Origin: Candidatus Cloacimonadota bacterium | GTDB taxonomy: Bacteria > Cloacimonadota > Cloacimonadia > G963667145 | NCBI GenBank assembly: GCA_963667255.1 | Contig: OY762940.1 | Location: 1,523,897 to 1,587,896 of the forward strand | DNA length: 64,000 nucleotides | Reading direction: 5' to 3' | The notes under the pieces: generated by a model | What the model was told of the DNA's origin: nothing | The model's input: the letters and a program-made list of their open reading frames with translations, nothing else | Database searches by the model: none | Shown here: positions 19,301 to 29,010 of the stretch, piece by piece | Layout of the letters: each line of letters opens with the position of its first letter | Position numbering within the stretch: position 1 is the stretch's first letter | Translations under genes and position numbers: made by a program

Positions 19301-20124
19301 TGCTAATAGATAATTGCGGACGCGAAATCAACTATATCAGATTATCGCTGACGGACAAATGTAATTTTTGTTGTCGATATTGCCGTGAAGAAAACGGCGT
19401 TCCCGACATTCCTCATCAAAATGTTCTCAGCTTAGAAGAGATGTTCCAAATAGTCAAAGAGTTTGTCAGCCTTGGAGTAACTAAGGTCAGACTGACAGGC
19501 GGTGAACCTTTGGTAAAGAAAAATTTTCTCTGGTTGGTAAAAAAACTAGGGAAACTGGAAAATTTAAAAGATTTGTGCATCACCACCAATGGCTCTCTTT
19601 TCCCCAAATATGCACAAGAACTAAAAGATGCAGGAGTGAACAGGGTAAACTTCTCCCTCGACACATTAGACCCTGACAAATTCAGATATATTACCAGAAA
19701 CGGAAATTTAGAAGATGTCTTAGCCGGAATCAAAACCGCTCAAAAGCTCGGATTTTCACCCATCAAGATTAACACTGTTCTAATAAAAGGGTTTAACGAT
19801 TCGCCTGAAGACCAAGCCAAGATGAAAAAATTTTGTGAAGACCAAAACATAATCGGCAGAACTATCAAAGAGATGTGTCTGGAAAACGGCTCTTTTGAAG
19901 CGTTAATCACAAACGAAAAAGACACAACCGCAGGGGTTTGTCATAAATGCAACAAGCTCAGAATTACTTGCGACGGGAAAATTCTCCCCTGCCTTTTTTC
20001 TGACATCTCCATAGATATTCGCCAAAAAAAATCGATAAAAACAGCCATTTATAAAGCGTTAAAGCTCAAGCCAAAATCCGGCGAAAGCAATTCAAATTAC
20101 AAAATAAATCAAATCGGAGGATAA
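19300..20124 (+). CDS. moaA: GTP 3',8-cyclase MoaA (short form)
   Basis: YIRLSLTDKCNFCCRYC, RLTGGEP, CHKCNKLR...PCL, C-terminal IGG. Confidence 0.85.
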   Translation: MLIDNCGREINYIRLSLTDKCNFCCRYCREENGVPDIPHQNVLSLEEMFQIVKEFVSLGVTKVRLTGGEPLVKKNFLWLVKKLGKLENLKDLCITTNGSLFPKYAQELKDAGVNRVNFSLDTLDPDKFRYITRNGNLEDVLAGIKTAQKLGFSPIKINTVLIKGFNDSPEDQAKMKKFCEDQNIIGRTIKEMCLENGSFEALITNEKDTTAGVCHKCNKLRITCDGKILPCLFSDISIDIRQKKSIKTAIYKALKLKPKSGESNSNYKINQIGG

Positions 20125-20125
20125 A

Positions 20126-20749
20126 TTGTCCAAAAAACTAACTTTACTCTTTGCCGTATTTATTTCCCTATACACCGCTTCCAACCTATTGGGAATCAAA
20201 ATCATCACATTTATGGGTGTAAATGCGTCCGTAAATATTTTTATTGCTCCTCTTCTTTTCCTCATAACAGACGCTATTGAAGAGGTTTACGGGAAAAATG
20301 TTGTTTTCAATTTGATAATTTCCGCACTCATCAGCTTAGTTCTAATTTTTTGCTTTTTACTTCTGGCGATTTGGATGAAACCGGCAACAAGATTTGAATT
20401 CAACACAGAATACATCACAATTTTCCATTTCTCACTAAGAATGATTTTCGCCAGTATTGCAGCATTTTTCATCTCACAATTCAACGATATGCTGGTTTTT
20501 GCGTATCTGAAAAAGAGAACAAATGGAAAATTTTTGTGGCTTCGCAACAATGTTTCCACAATTATCTCTCAAACTTTGGACACCTTCATTTTTATGTATC
20601 TCTTTATGTATAAAATGACACCAAAATTTGACGCCTTTTTTGTATTCCAATTAGCTTTACCCTACTTAGCTTTAAAAATATTTTTTGCCCTTTGCGACAC
20701 ACCTTTTGTTTATCTTTTGGTAAAATGGCTTAAAAAAACGGAGAAATAA
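20126..20749 (+). CDS. yhhQ: queuosine precursor transporter (YhhQ/DUF165)
   Basis: FLITDAIEEVYG, RMIFASIAAFFISQFND, WLRNNVSTIISQTLDT, DTPF. Confidence 0.9.
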   Translation: MSKKLTLLFAVFISLYTASNLLGIKIITFMGVNASVNIFIAPLLFLITDAIEEVYGKNVVFNLIISALISLVLIFCFLLLAIWMKPATRFEFNTEYITIFHFSLRMIFASIAAFFISQFNDMLVFAYLKKRTNGKFLWLRNNVSTIISQTLDTFIFMYLFMYKMTPKFDAFFVFQLALPYLALKIFFALCDTPFVYLLVKWLKKTEK

Positions 20750-20752
20750 GAG

Positions 20753-21118
20753 ATGGAGAATAAAAACATCAACTGGGAAAAAATGAGTTTCACTAAACTC
20801 AAAGAAAAACAAGAGCAAATTGAAAAACAAAACAAAGATTTGAAGAAGAAAAATACACGAAGAATAATAGAAGAAACTATGATTTTGGTTCTTATTATTA
20901 TGCTCTTTTATTATGTGATTCCTATGCTTGCCAAATTTTGGCCTAATGTTGAATTTTTGGTCTCACTGAAAACAACTTTCAAAAAAATGTTCGGCTTTAT
21001 TCTTGTCGTTCCTATTTCTGTCTTCCTCATGAGTAAGATGAGTAAACAACCTCTCAAGATTGTAGAAAACAACAAAAAACTGAAATTAATTCAAGAATTT
21101 TTGGAAAAGAAAAAGTAA
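20753..21118 (+). CDS. hypothetical membrane protein
   Basis: 121-aa ORF, two hydrophobic segments, 3 nt after yhhQ. Confidence 0.6.
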   Translation: MENKNINWEKMSFTKLKEKQEQIEKQNKDLKKKNTRRIIEETMILVLIIMLFYYVIPMLAKFWPNVEFLVSLKTTFKKMFGFILVVPISVFLMSKMSKQPLKIVENNKKLKLIQEFLEKKK

Positions 21119-21148
21119 ATTCCTCAAGAAATTGAAATAATCTAGAAC

Positions 21149-21238
21149 TGGTGCAGGTGACTGGACTTGAACCAGCACGCCCTATAAACGAGCACAAGAA
21201 CCTGAATCTTGCGTGTCTACCAATTTCACCACACCTGC
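21149..21238 (-). tRNA. tRNA-Leu(CAG)
   Basis: Reverse complement folds as a class II tRNA; anticodon arm CAAGA-TTCAGGT-TCTTG; GTTCAAGTC T-loop; encoded CCA. Confidence 0.96.
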
Positions 21239-21248
21239 ATAAAAAAAA

Positions 21249-21337
21249 TGGTGCAGAAGACTGGACTTGAACCAGCACACCCAAAAGCGGGCACAAGATC
21301 CTTAGTCTTGCGTGTCTACCAATTCCACCACTTCTGC
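21249..21337 (-). tRNA. tRNA-Leu(AAG)
   Basis: Anticodon arm CAAGA-CTAAGGA-TCTTG; long variable arm; encoded CCA. Confidence 0.93.
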
Positions 21338-21351
21338 ACTAAAATGAAAAC

Positions 21352-21639
21352 TTATTTAGCTAACTCTTTTTTCAATTCCTCGCTAACTCCTGTATTGACA
21401 TTGGAAGTGTTCATTCCCTTGGTATAAAATGCCAATCCTAAGCAAGAAATTGCGAAGATTAAGATAAAATATTTAGTCCATTTTTTTAATATTGCCTCAG
21501 CCTCATCACCAAAAGAAGCTGTGCTGGCACTGCCACCAAAAGCACCGCCCAAAGCACCGCCTTTGGAAGTTTGGGACAAAATCACCAAAATCAACAAGAG
21601 CGATACAACAATATGAACTCCAAGCAAAAAATAAAACAT
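21352..21639 (-). CDS. secG: preprotein translocase subunit SecG
   Basis: LILVILSQTSKGGALGGAFGGS; two TM segments; followed by tRNA-Leu. Confidence 0.93.
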   Translation of the reverse strand: MFYFLLGVHIVVSLLLILVILSQTSKGGALGGAFGGSASTASFGDEAEAILKKWTKYFILIFAISCLGLAFYTKGMNTSNVNTGVSEELKKELAK

Positions 21640-21717
21640 CTAATCTCCTTATTTAGCGTAACTCACAACAATCTTTTTTTTTGTGGTTTTGTGTCAACTA
21701 TTTATTCTTCAAAAAAT

Positions 21718-22650
21718 TTACGCAAAATACAAATACGAAAAATACACCATCACCATAATAATCCCCATAGCCACAGGCTTCTTACACCCTTTGTATAGTG
21801 CAAAAAAGGTTATGCAAATTATAAGCGAAATCCAGCTAAACAAAAACGAAATTTCCGAGCTACTCACACTAATCGGGTGAATAATTGCAGAAATCCCGAC
21901 AATTCCAAAAATATTCAAAACATCTGAACCAATAATATTGCCTATCGCAATATCCAAATGCCCTTTTCTCGATGCAACAAAAGAGGTGATAACTTCTGGC
22001 AGTGATGTCCCCAAAGCCACGATAGTAACAGCAATCATAGCCTTGCTCATTTGGAAAAATTCGGCAATATACACAGCACAGCCGACAACGACTTTGCCCA
22101 AAACAACGACCATTAACAAAACAAAAATAAAGCCGGCTATGTATAAACTTATGTGCTTAACAGGTTTTACTTTTTCTACTTTCCCTTTATTGGAAGTCCT
22201 GACGACCTGAAAAAAATAGAACACCAAACAAACAGGAAAAAAAAGTGCTTCCCTTAAAGATAAAACTCCATCCGCAAAAAAGTGAAACAAAGCTGCCACA
22301 CCTATAACCAAAAACAGAAGCATATTCACAAAATATTTTCTATTGAAAGTTGAACATTTACCGAACCCAATGGCGATAAATCCCAACCCCAAAGCAAGAG
22401 ATTCGTTGCAAATAACGCTGCCGAAACCGTTGCCAAAGCCAATCTGGGAGTAGCCTTGCACAGATGCCAAAATGCTCACTGCAAACTCCGGAGCAGAAGT
22501 AGCAAAACCGACTATCACAATGCCTGTAACGATTGTCGGTATGCCAAAATATGCCGAAATAGTAACCGATAAATCAACAAATTTTTCGGCAAAATAGAAC
22601 AACAACCCAAAACTCAACGCGAGCAAAATAAAAGCGTAATAAATATTCAT
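21718..22650 (-). CDS. calcium/sodium antiporter (YrbG/CaCA family)
   Basis: GFATSAPE and ALGTSLPE alpha repeats, GNIIGSD. Confidence 0.92.
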   Translation of the reverse strand: MNIYYAFILLALSFGLLFYFAEKFVDLSVTISAYFGIPTIVTGIVIVGFATSAPEFAVSILASVQGYSQIGFGNGFGSVICNESLALGLGFIAIGFGKCSTFNRKYFVNMLLFLVIGVAALFHFFADGVLSLREALFFPVCLVFYFFQVVRTSNKGKVEKVKPVKHISLYIAGFIFVLLMVVVLGKVVVGCAVYIAEFFQMSKAMIAVTIVALGTSLPEVITSFVASRKGHLDIAIGNIIGSDVLNIFGIVGISAIIHPISVSSSEISFLFSWISLIICITFFALYKGCKKPVAMGIIMVMVYFSYLYFA

Positions 22651-22667
22651 CTCATCCTAAACCCTAA

Positions 22668-24485
22668 TTAATCAAAAAGATACCAAATAAAATTGATTTT
22701 GAAATGCCGACGATAAGTGGGTGCACCCAAATAAGTTTCAGCCTTATCGTAATTTTTGAGGTCCATCAACATAGAGAATTTCTTCGTCAAATCCAATTGT
22801 AAGTAATAATCCAAAATGCGACTTGAAGCGACAGCGTTAGCTTTTTTCAGGTCGGCAAACGAACTGTAAAATGTTGATGCATTATACTTCCGCATCCCCA
22901 GAGTCAAAATATTGCCATAATTGAAGTAGAAAATCAACTCATAACTGTTCATCATTTGCAAATCGGGCGAACTATAAGGTAAGCTCCCCGTGAGGAACTT
23001 GCGAGCTTCCAAGCCATAAGCAAAAGCCAGTTTTTGACTCCACAAGCGGAACGGAAGCCGAACTTTCATATCTGTTTCCAAAAGCGTATTGGAATATTGG
23101 GCAGATTGAACAGTATGAACGCTATCAACAATCATGTGCTCGGAAATTTTTTGCTCCAATTTCCCCAAAGCAGCTCTTCCGCTTAGAAATCGATTGTTAA
23201 ATCCTAACCCGAAAAAAGAAGATTTGTAGTTGTCTATCCACTTAAAGGAGATGTTGTCCATGATTATCAAAGAAGAATCGACAGCTTGATTTTCCTTGTC
23301 CACATAGTCACAAAATAGATTGAATCCCCAAGGCAAGCCTTTGTTAAAATTGAAAGTTGTGCTTGCCTCATCGTAATAACCGCTGACAGTCGTGCCATAC
23401 CACCATTCACAATTGAGTTTGCCTTTGTAATAGAGCCTGTCTTTCACTTTGGTAGATTCAAAGTTGTTATAACTCTTGCGACCGACCGCCAAATTTTGTC
23501 CCCAAAAATCCAAGTCAAGTGCGTAAAAGTAACTTTCCAAATCGTATTCTTTATCAATTTTGATTACCGAATCGATGAAAAAATCGCTGTGCGAATAGCT
23601 GTAACCTGCATCAAAAATTATAGACCGAAAAACTACATAGTGCTGTTGAGATTTGTAAGCGATGTGTTGCATATCCAGAAGAGAATCGAAAACAGCTGTT
23701 GTTTCCGTTTTGCTGAAAAATAACTTCTCGCTCGGCAAATCATGGTTCAAGAATAAATATGAGTATTCCAAGGAAAAGAAATCCCGAAAATAGCAACGAA
23801 GGCTTCCAAAAACATCTTTTGTTTTCTCTTTGGTCTCACCCGAAAGCCAATAGCCATTTGTTCCGTTGAACCCGAGATGCAAATCTAAACAGTTGTAAAT
23901 CTGACCTTTATAAAGATTTACCACAGCCTGATCATAATCGCTACTATTGTAACCCTGACTGAGTAGTGCCTTTGTAGTCAACACAGGCAAATTGTAATCA
24001 CTTCCTGTAAAATAGACATTTCCTTCTTGCAAACTCTCGTCCCAAAACGGCTGATAATCTTGATACAATTGGTAGTTTTGCAGAAGGAGCGGATGAATAT
24101 AAAGCTCATTAAATTGAACATTCTGTCTTATGGGAGTTTGCGTATAAAAATGCTGATTTTCCTGATACAAAAACAGCGGGATTTTAGTCTTAGCCTTATC
24201 TTTGTCTATGTAATCGGAAACATTCTTATCAAAATTTTGGCGGAATTTATCCAGCCGCTCATCCTCATCGACAATAGGAATGCTATCGGAAATTCCGGTG
24301 AAAATAGAGTCGCCTTCCACCATTTTCTCAAATTCCGACCTCTCCCTCTTGAGCGAATCTCCTAAACTAACAGTATTTATAAAATCTTGAGACTCGGTTA
24401 TCCCTTCCAATGAGTCGATTTCCATCCCCCACAAGCAAGTGAAAAGGCAAAGCGAAAGAAAAACAAATTTGTTAAAAAATCTCAT
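22668..24485 (-). CDS. hypothetical outer-membrane beta-barrel protein
   Basis: Signal peptide; aromatic-rich alternating strands; C-terminus FKINFIWYLFD. Confidence 0.65.
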   Translation of the reverse strand: MRFFNKFVFLSLCLFTCLWGMEIDSLEGITESQDFINTVSLGDSLKRERSEFEKMVEGDSIFTGISDSIPIVDEDERLDKFRQNFDKNVSDYIDKDKAKTKIPLFLYQENQHFYTQTPIRQNVQFNELYIHPLLLQNYQLYQDYQPFWDESLQEGNVYFTGSDYNLPVLTTKALLSQGYNSSDYDQAVVNLYKGQIYNCLDLHLGFNGTNGYWLSGETKEKTKDVFGSLRCYFRDFFSLEYSYLFLNHDLPSEKLFFSKTETTAVFDSLLDMQHIAYKSQQHYVVFRSIIFDAGYSYSHSDFFIDSVIKIDKEYDLESYFYALDLDFWGQNLAVGRKSYNNFESTKVKDRLYYKGKLNCEWWYGTTVSGYYDEASTTFNFNKGLPWGFNLFCDYVDKENQAVDSSLIIMDNISFKWIDNYKSSFFGLGFNNRFLSGRAALGKLEQKISEHMIVDSVHTVQSAQYSNTLLETDMKVRLPFRLWSQKLAFAYGLEARKFLTGSLPYSSPDLQMMNSYELIFYFNYGNILTLGMRKYNASTFYSSFADLKKANAVASSRILDYYLQLDLTKKFSMLMDLKNYDKAETYLGAPTYRRHFKINFIWYLFD

Positions 24486-24708
24486 AATTCTTCAAATAGT
24501 TGAGAACTCTCTCAAAAAAAGAAACCAAGCTATTGCTCACAAAAAAAATCAAAACTCCTCTATCCTCTCTCGAAGTCGTATGATTTGCCAAACCCGAGAA
24601 AGACTCCACAATACTGGCGAAAAAATATTGCTGACTCGTGGGTATCCGCAAGTGGTAAAAATTACCGCCCATATTGTCGTTCACGACATCAATCAACTCT
24701 ATATTCAC
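24472..24708 (-). CDS. small protein, DUF4911-like
   Basis: YFFASIVESFSGLANHTT...GVL pattern; overlaps both lon and the downstream gene. Confidence 0.6.
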   Translation of the reverse strand: MNIELIDVVNDNMGGNFYHLRIPTSQQYFFASIVESFSGLANHTTSREDRGVLIFFVSNSLVSFFERVLNYLKNYEIF

Positions 24709-27062
24709 ACAAGTGCCTCGGCAAGTACCTGCTCCACAGTCTCCACTGGGACTATCTCCAAGCCTTCCTTAATCTCGGGAGCGATTTCCGTTAAATGCGG
24801 TAAATTGTCTTTGGGTATCAAAACTTTTTTTATCTCCGCTTGCCCGGCAGCCACCAGTTTTTCTGCCAAGCCTCCTATTGCCATCACTTCGCCTTTCAGA
24901 GAAACCTCGCCTGTCATGGCAATGTCCGCTCTAACCTTTCTGTCCGAAAGAATGGATATTATCGCCGTGACCATCGTGACTCCGGCAGACGGACCATCTT
25001 TGGGGACAGCACCCTCAGGAATATGCAAATGCAAATCGATTTTCTTGTAAAACTCTTTTTCCAAGCCATATTTTTCCGCATTGACTCTAGCGTAAGTGTA
25101 AGCTGCCTGTGCAGACTCTTTCATAACATCACCGAGATTGCCCGTAAGTTCTATTTTGCCAGTGCCAGCAAATTTGCTAATCTCAATGCGTAAAATCTCT
25201 CCACCTACCATAGTCCAAGCGAGTCCGGTAACCACTCCAACCAAATCCTCTTTCAGAACTTTAGTCGGTATTACCTGTGAAACACCCAAATAGTCGGTCA
25301 ATTTTTTCTCGTTCAATTTCAATTCAACACTTTGCTCATTCTTTTGTATCATCTCTCTGATGACTTTGCGATAAACTTTTTCGATTTGTTTTTCCAAAGA
25401 ACGAACACCCACTTCCCTTGTGTAATTTTTAATAATATGCTCAATAACCACATCGCTGAACTCAATCTCAACTTTACCTTCAGTCTTAAAAGTCTCAATT
25501 TGTCTGCGAATAAGATGCTTTTTGGCGATGTTAATTTTTTCGAAAAGCGTATAACCGGGAAGTCTGACCACTTCCATCCTATCCAAAAGTGGAGAAGGAA
25601 TGGAAGACAGCGTGTTTGCCGTGGTAATAAAAGTAACCTGAGACAAATCGTAATCAAAATCCAAGTAGTGGTCTCTGAAAGAGTTGTTTTGCTCAGGGTC
25701 CAAAACCTCAAGCAAAGCCGAAGCAGGATCTCCGCGAAAATCGTTGGAAAGTTTGTCGATTTCGTCCATCATAATCACAGGATTGACCGTTCCCGCTTTT
25801 TTCATAGAGCCAATAATCACCCCGGGAAGAGCACCAATATAAGTCTTGCGATGCCCTCTAATCTCGGCTTCGTCACGCACACCACCAAGAGAAAGCCTAG
25901 CAAACTTCTTGCCGAGAGCCTTGGCAATAGCTTTCCCCAGAGATGTCTTACCCACACCCGGAGCACCCACAAAGCACAAAATTTTCCCTCTGTTTTCCTG
26001 AACAAATTTGAGCACCGCAACATATTCCAAAATAACATCTTTTATCTTTTTCAGACCGTAATGATTTTCATCCAAATCTTTTTGAGCCTGATCCAAATCA
26101 AAATCTTTCAGTTCGGAAGAAGACCAAGGCAAATCCCTAATCCAACTCAAATAGTTGTAAATAACAGTATATTCTGGAGAACCCGTAGGAGTTTGCTTTA
26201 GTTTGTCCAGCTCGGTATCGGCAATCTCTCGCACCTGCTCACTGAGCAGCAACTTCTCCAAAGCCTCTTCCATCTCGATAATTTCCGCACTATTATTTTG
26301 GTCTATGCCCAGCTCTCTTTCGATTTCCTTCAGTTGCTCCCGCAGATAATATTCTCGTTGTTGCCTATTCAATTTGTTGTTCACATTAACATCAATCCGT
26401 CTCTCTAACTTCAGTATTTCCAACTCCTTATGCAGAAGTCGAAGAAGCTGATTCAATGCTATATTGATATTTTCAGTGCGAAGCAAAGCAATTTTTTTAT
26501 CCACAGAAGAAGTGATATTTGCCATCACATAATAGAAAAATTCCCTTGCTTTGGTAATCTCGTCCAAGGGCTTGAGAACCTCCTGAGGAATATTGCCATC
26601 GACCGAAATGTATTCCGCAAAAAGCCGCTTGATAGCTCTAATCTCAGCTTGCAACTCCAACTCATCACTCTTCTCATAGACCATCTCATGAAATTTAGCT
26701 TTAAAAAATCCGTCCCTTGATTTGTGAAGTCTATCAATGATAACGCATTTCAAACCTTCCACCAAAATTCTCAAATTCCCATCCGGCAATCTGAAAACCT
26801 GCAAAATGCTGCAATATGTTCCTACTCGATACAAATCCTTGCTTTCAGGGTAATTAAGCCGTTTATTATCCCGCTTCTGAGTAAGGCAAATTATCCTTTT
26901 ATGCTTGGCAAGAGCGTCCTCGACAGCATCCACAGTAACTCTGCGACCGACCAAAATCGGGGCAACAATCTTGGGAACCATTATCATATTGCGTAAAGGC
27001 ACAACATTCAAATCTTCCAATAATTCCACGGCGTTTTCTTCTACCAAAATATCCTCTTTCAT
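24705..27062 (-). CDS. lon: ATP-dependent protease La
   Basis: VVPLRN, GAPGVGKT, RGHRKTYIGALPG, DEIDK, PKDGPSAG. Confidence 0.97.
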   Translation of the reverse strand: MKEDILVEENAVELLEDLNVVPLRNMIMVPKIVAPILVGRRVTVDAVEDALAKHKRIICLTQKRDNKRLNYPESKDLYRVGTYCSILQVFRLPDGNLRILVEGLKCVIIDRLHKSRDGFFKAKFHEMVYEKSDELELQAEIRAIKRLFAEYISVDGNIPQEVLKPLDEITKAREFFYYVMANITSSVDKKIALLRTENINIALNQLLRLLHKELEILKLERRIDVNVNNKLNRQQREYYLREQLKEIERELGIDQNNSAEIIEMEEALEKLLLSEQVREIADTELDKLKQTPTGSPEYTVIYNYLSWIRDLPWSSSELKDFDLDQAQKDLDENHYGLKKIKDVILEYVAVLKFVQENRGKILCFVGAPGVGKTSLGKAIAKALGKKFARLSLGGVRDEAEIRGHRKTYIGALPGVIIGSMKKAGTVNPVIMMDEIDKLSNDFRGDPASALLEVLDPEQNNSFRDHYLDFDYDLSQVTFITTANTLSSIPSPLLDRMEVVRLPGYTLFEKINIAKKHLIRRQIETFKTEGKVEIEFSDVVIEHIIKNYTREVGVRSLEKQIEKVYRKVIREMIQKNEQSVELKLNEKKLTDYLGVSQVIPTKVLKEDLVGVVTGLAWTMVGGEILRIEISKFAGTGKIELTGNLGDVMKESAQAAYTYARVNAEKYGLEKEFYKKIDLHLHIPEGAVPKDGPSAGVTMVTAIISILSDRKVRADIAMTGEVSLKGEVMAIGGLAEKLVAAGQAEIKKVLIPKDNLPHLTEIAPEIKEGLEIVPVETVEQVLAEALV

Positions 27063-27086
27063 AACCTTATCTCATTTAATTAATAA

Positions 27087-28889
27087 CTAATAATACTGGA
27101 TTATTTCCGGTGCTCCCGCATCTAAATTGGGCTCGGAATAATCTTTCTCTCCCGACAATCTGAATTTATAAGCTCCATCGTCTTGTTGCACAGGGAAATA
27201 AGCAAATCGCAATTGTAAAGTTTTAAATACCAAATTTTCATTTCTAATCCGAACTCCAAATCCAATACTCGATGCAAATTTCCCGCCTACAGCTATATTT
27301 TCATTTTCAGACAAAAATCCTCCATCTGCAAAAGTGAAAAAAGCAAAACGAAATCCTACCAAATTGTAAGGAGCAAAAGAAACCATCTCTGTGGACAAAA
27401 CAAACTTTTGCTCATTTTTTTCACTCAGAGACAGCTCACGAATCTCCTCATCTCTAAATCCTATACTGTCATTTAGCGACCTTCGGACACTTGTAACATA
27501 GTTCAAATCAGCAAAAAAACGAGTATAGTAAGTTCCCCATTTATACAACAAACTGAAATACGAGGTTCTCATTCTGAGCGTTAAATCTTCCAACACATCA
27601 TTATCCGAAACCCAAAATCCGCCCAGAGACAATTTATTATATAGGTAGCCTACATTTTTGTAAAATTTTGCATACGAATAAGATATGCCAAAATAGTCTC
27701 TGCTGACAAACTCTCCGCTTTCACGACCGTAAACTAATTCCAATTTCTTGCCGTAAGGAATATACTCCGTCACACCAAATCCGTAAATCAAACTACTTCG
27801 ATAAAAATCTTGCGTATTAAAACTGAACGAAACAAGCCTAAAATAATTCACATTATGATAACTTCGCAGTGAATCGGATTTGACCCCAGCAGGTCTGATA
27901 AGGTAGTTGGCAGACTTATGACGAATGGCAATTGCCATCCCCTCAAATCCCAACAAAGGCTTCCAAAGATTGTATTTCCGCCCAAACCAACAATCAAAAA
28001 TCTCCTTCTTGGACTTTGGAGTTGATATGGTAGAAATCCCTTTTACTTCGCTTTTCTGCTCCTTTTCCTCCTCAATATGCCAGTCAAGCCCACCACCATA
28101 TTTTTTGCCTGTAATATAGTTCCTGTTTAAACTCCCTCCATATTTTAGTCGGCTATAATCATCAAAATAATCGATAGTCAAGTCAACAAAACTCTCGTCA
28201 ATATTTCTGATGGTGTAGGAAAAATCGTTGCCCCACTCCGGACTTTTGCCCTTTTCATACTTTGCAGTATATTTAAATTCATTCCCAAGACCAAGGAAAT
28301 TTTTGTCGTATATACCCAGCTTAAACTTATCTTGGCTTGTCAAATAACCAACAACTCCTATAGTCCATTTATCTCTTACTATTAAAACCAAATCCACAAA
28401 ATCCGTGCTGCCCTTGACCGGGACCAAATAAAAATTTGCATCGTTGATATACGACAAATCGTTGATATATTTTTCGTTCTCCGCCAGCAGTTTCGAATCC
28501 ACCATAGAGTATTCCTGAAAAAACAAACCACCTCGAATAATCATCTCTCTGGTTTGAATATGCGATTTATTCGCTGCTCGAGAAAGAAAATCTTTACCAT
28601 CAAAGACATCTTCCTGTTTAATCAAAATCTTGCGGATTCTTTTCCCGTCATACTTCTTGAATCTCTGAGCACTGACAGTCACATTATTTTGAGTTTTCGC
28701 TGTTTTTTTCTCACTTTCCTGAACATCAAAAACAACTTTGAAAAGCTCTTTGCTCCACAAATATTTGGAAGTTTTCTTCTTCAAATCCTTATAAACAGTT
28801 GTTTTCTCTTTTGTCTCCGACAAACAAACTGAAAAAAAAACACTAAAAATTAGAAATAGAAATACGCTTTTTTTGCTCAATTGCTTCAT
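27087..28889 (-). CDS. Omp85/TamA-like outer-membrane protein
   Basis: Signal peptide, POTRA-like segment, DKNFLGLG, GFGVRIRNENLVF. Confidence 0.65.
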   Translation of the reverse strand: MKQLSKKSVFLFLIFSVFFSVCLSETKEKTTVYKDLKKKTSKYLWSKELFKVVFDVQESEKKTAKTQNNVTVSAQRFKKYDGKRIRKILIKQEDVFDGKDFLSRAANKSHIQTREMIIRGGLFFQEYSMVDSKLLAENEKYINDLSYINDANFYLVPVKGSTDFVDLVLIVRDKWTIGVVGYLTSQDKFKLGIYDKNFLGLGNEFKYTAKYEKGKSPEWGNDFSYTIRNIDESFVDLTIDYFDDYSRLKYGGSLNRNYITGKKYGGGLDWHIEEEKEQKSEVKGISTISTPKSKKEIFDCWFGRKYNLWKPLLGFEGMAIAIRHKSANYLIRPAGVKSDSLRSYHNVNYFRLVSFSFNTQDFYRSSLIYGFGVTEYIPYGKKLELVYGRESGEFVSRDYFGISYSYAKFYKNVGYLYNKLSLGGFWVSDNDVLEDLTLRMRTSYFSLLYKWGTYYTRFFADLNYVTSVRRSLNDSIGFRDEEIRELSLSEKNEQKFVLSTEMVSFAPYNLVGFRFAFFTFADGGFLSENENIAVGGKFASSIGFGVRIRNENLVFKTLQLRFAYFPVQQDDGAYKFRLSGEKDYSEPNLDAGAPEIIQYY

Positions 28890-28955
28890 CCCCTGTATAT
28901 TTTTCTCCGTTAAAACGAAAAATATATCACAATGTCAATTAAAAAATAGTTTCTG

Positions 28956-28990
28956 AAAAAAACCCGACCCTACTACAAAGTAAAGTCGGG
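28956..28990 (-). terminator. intrinsic terminator of hppA
   Basis: Minus strand CCCGACTTTAC-TTTGTA-GTAGGGTCGGG-T7. Confidence 0.85.
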
Positions 28991-29010
28991 AAGTTAAACA
29001 AATTACAAAA

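Noticed and set aside
21149..21337. tRNA pair as an integration site with an att duplication
   Set aside because: Both are full-length tRNAs with different anticodons; no partial 3' copy or integrase nearby
21054..21427. ORFs 21054-21296 and 21209-21427
   Set aside because: They overlap the two tRNA genes and are spurious
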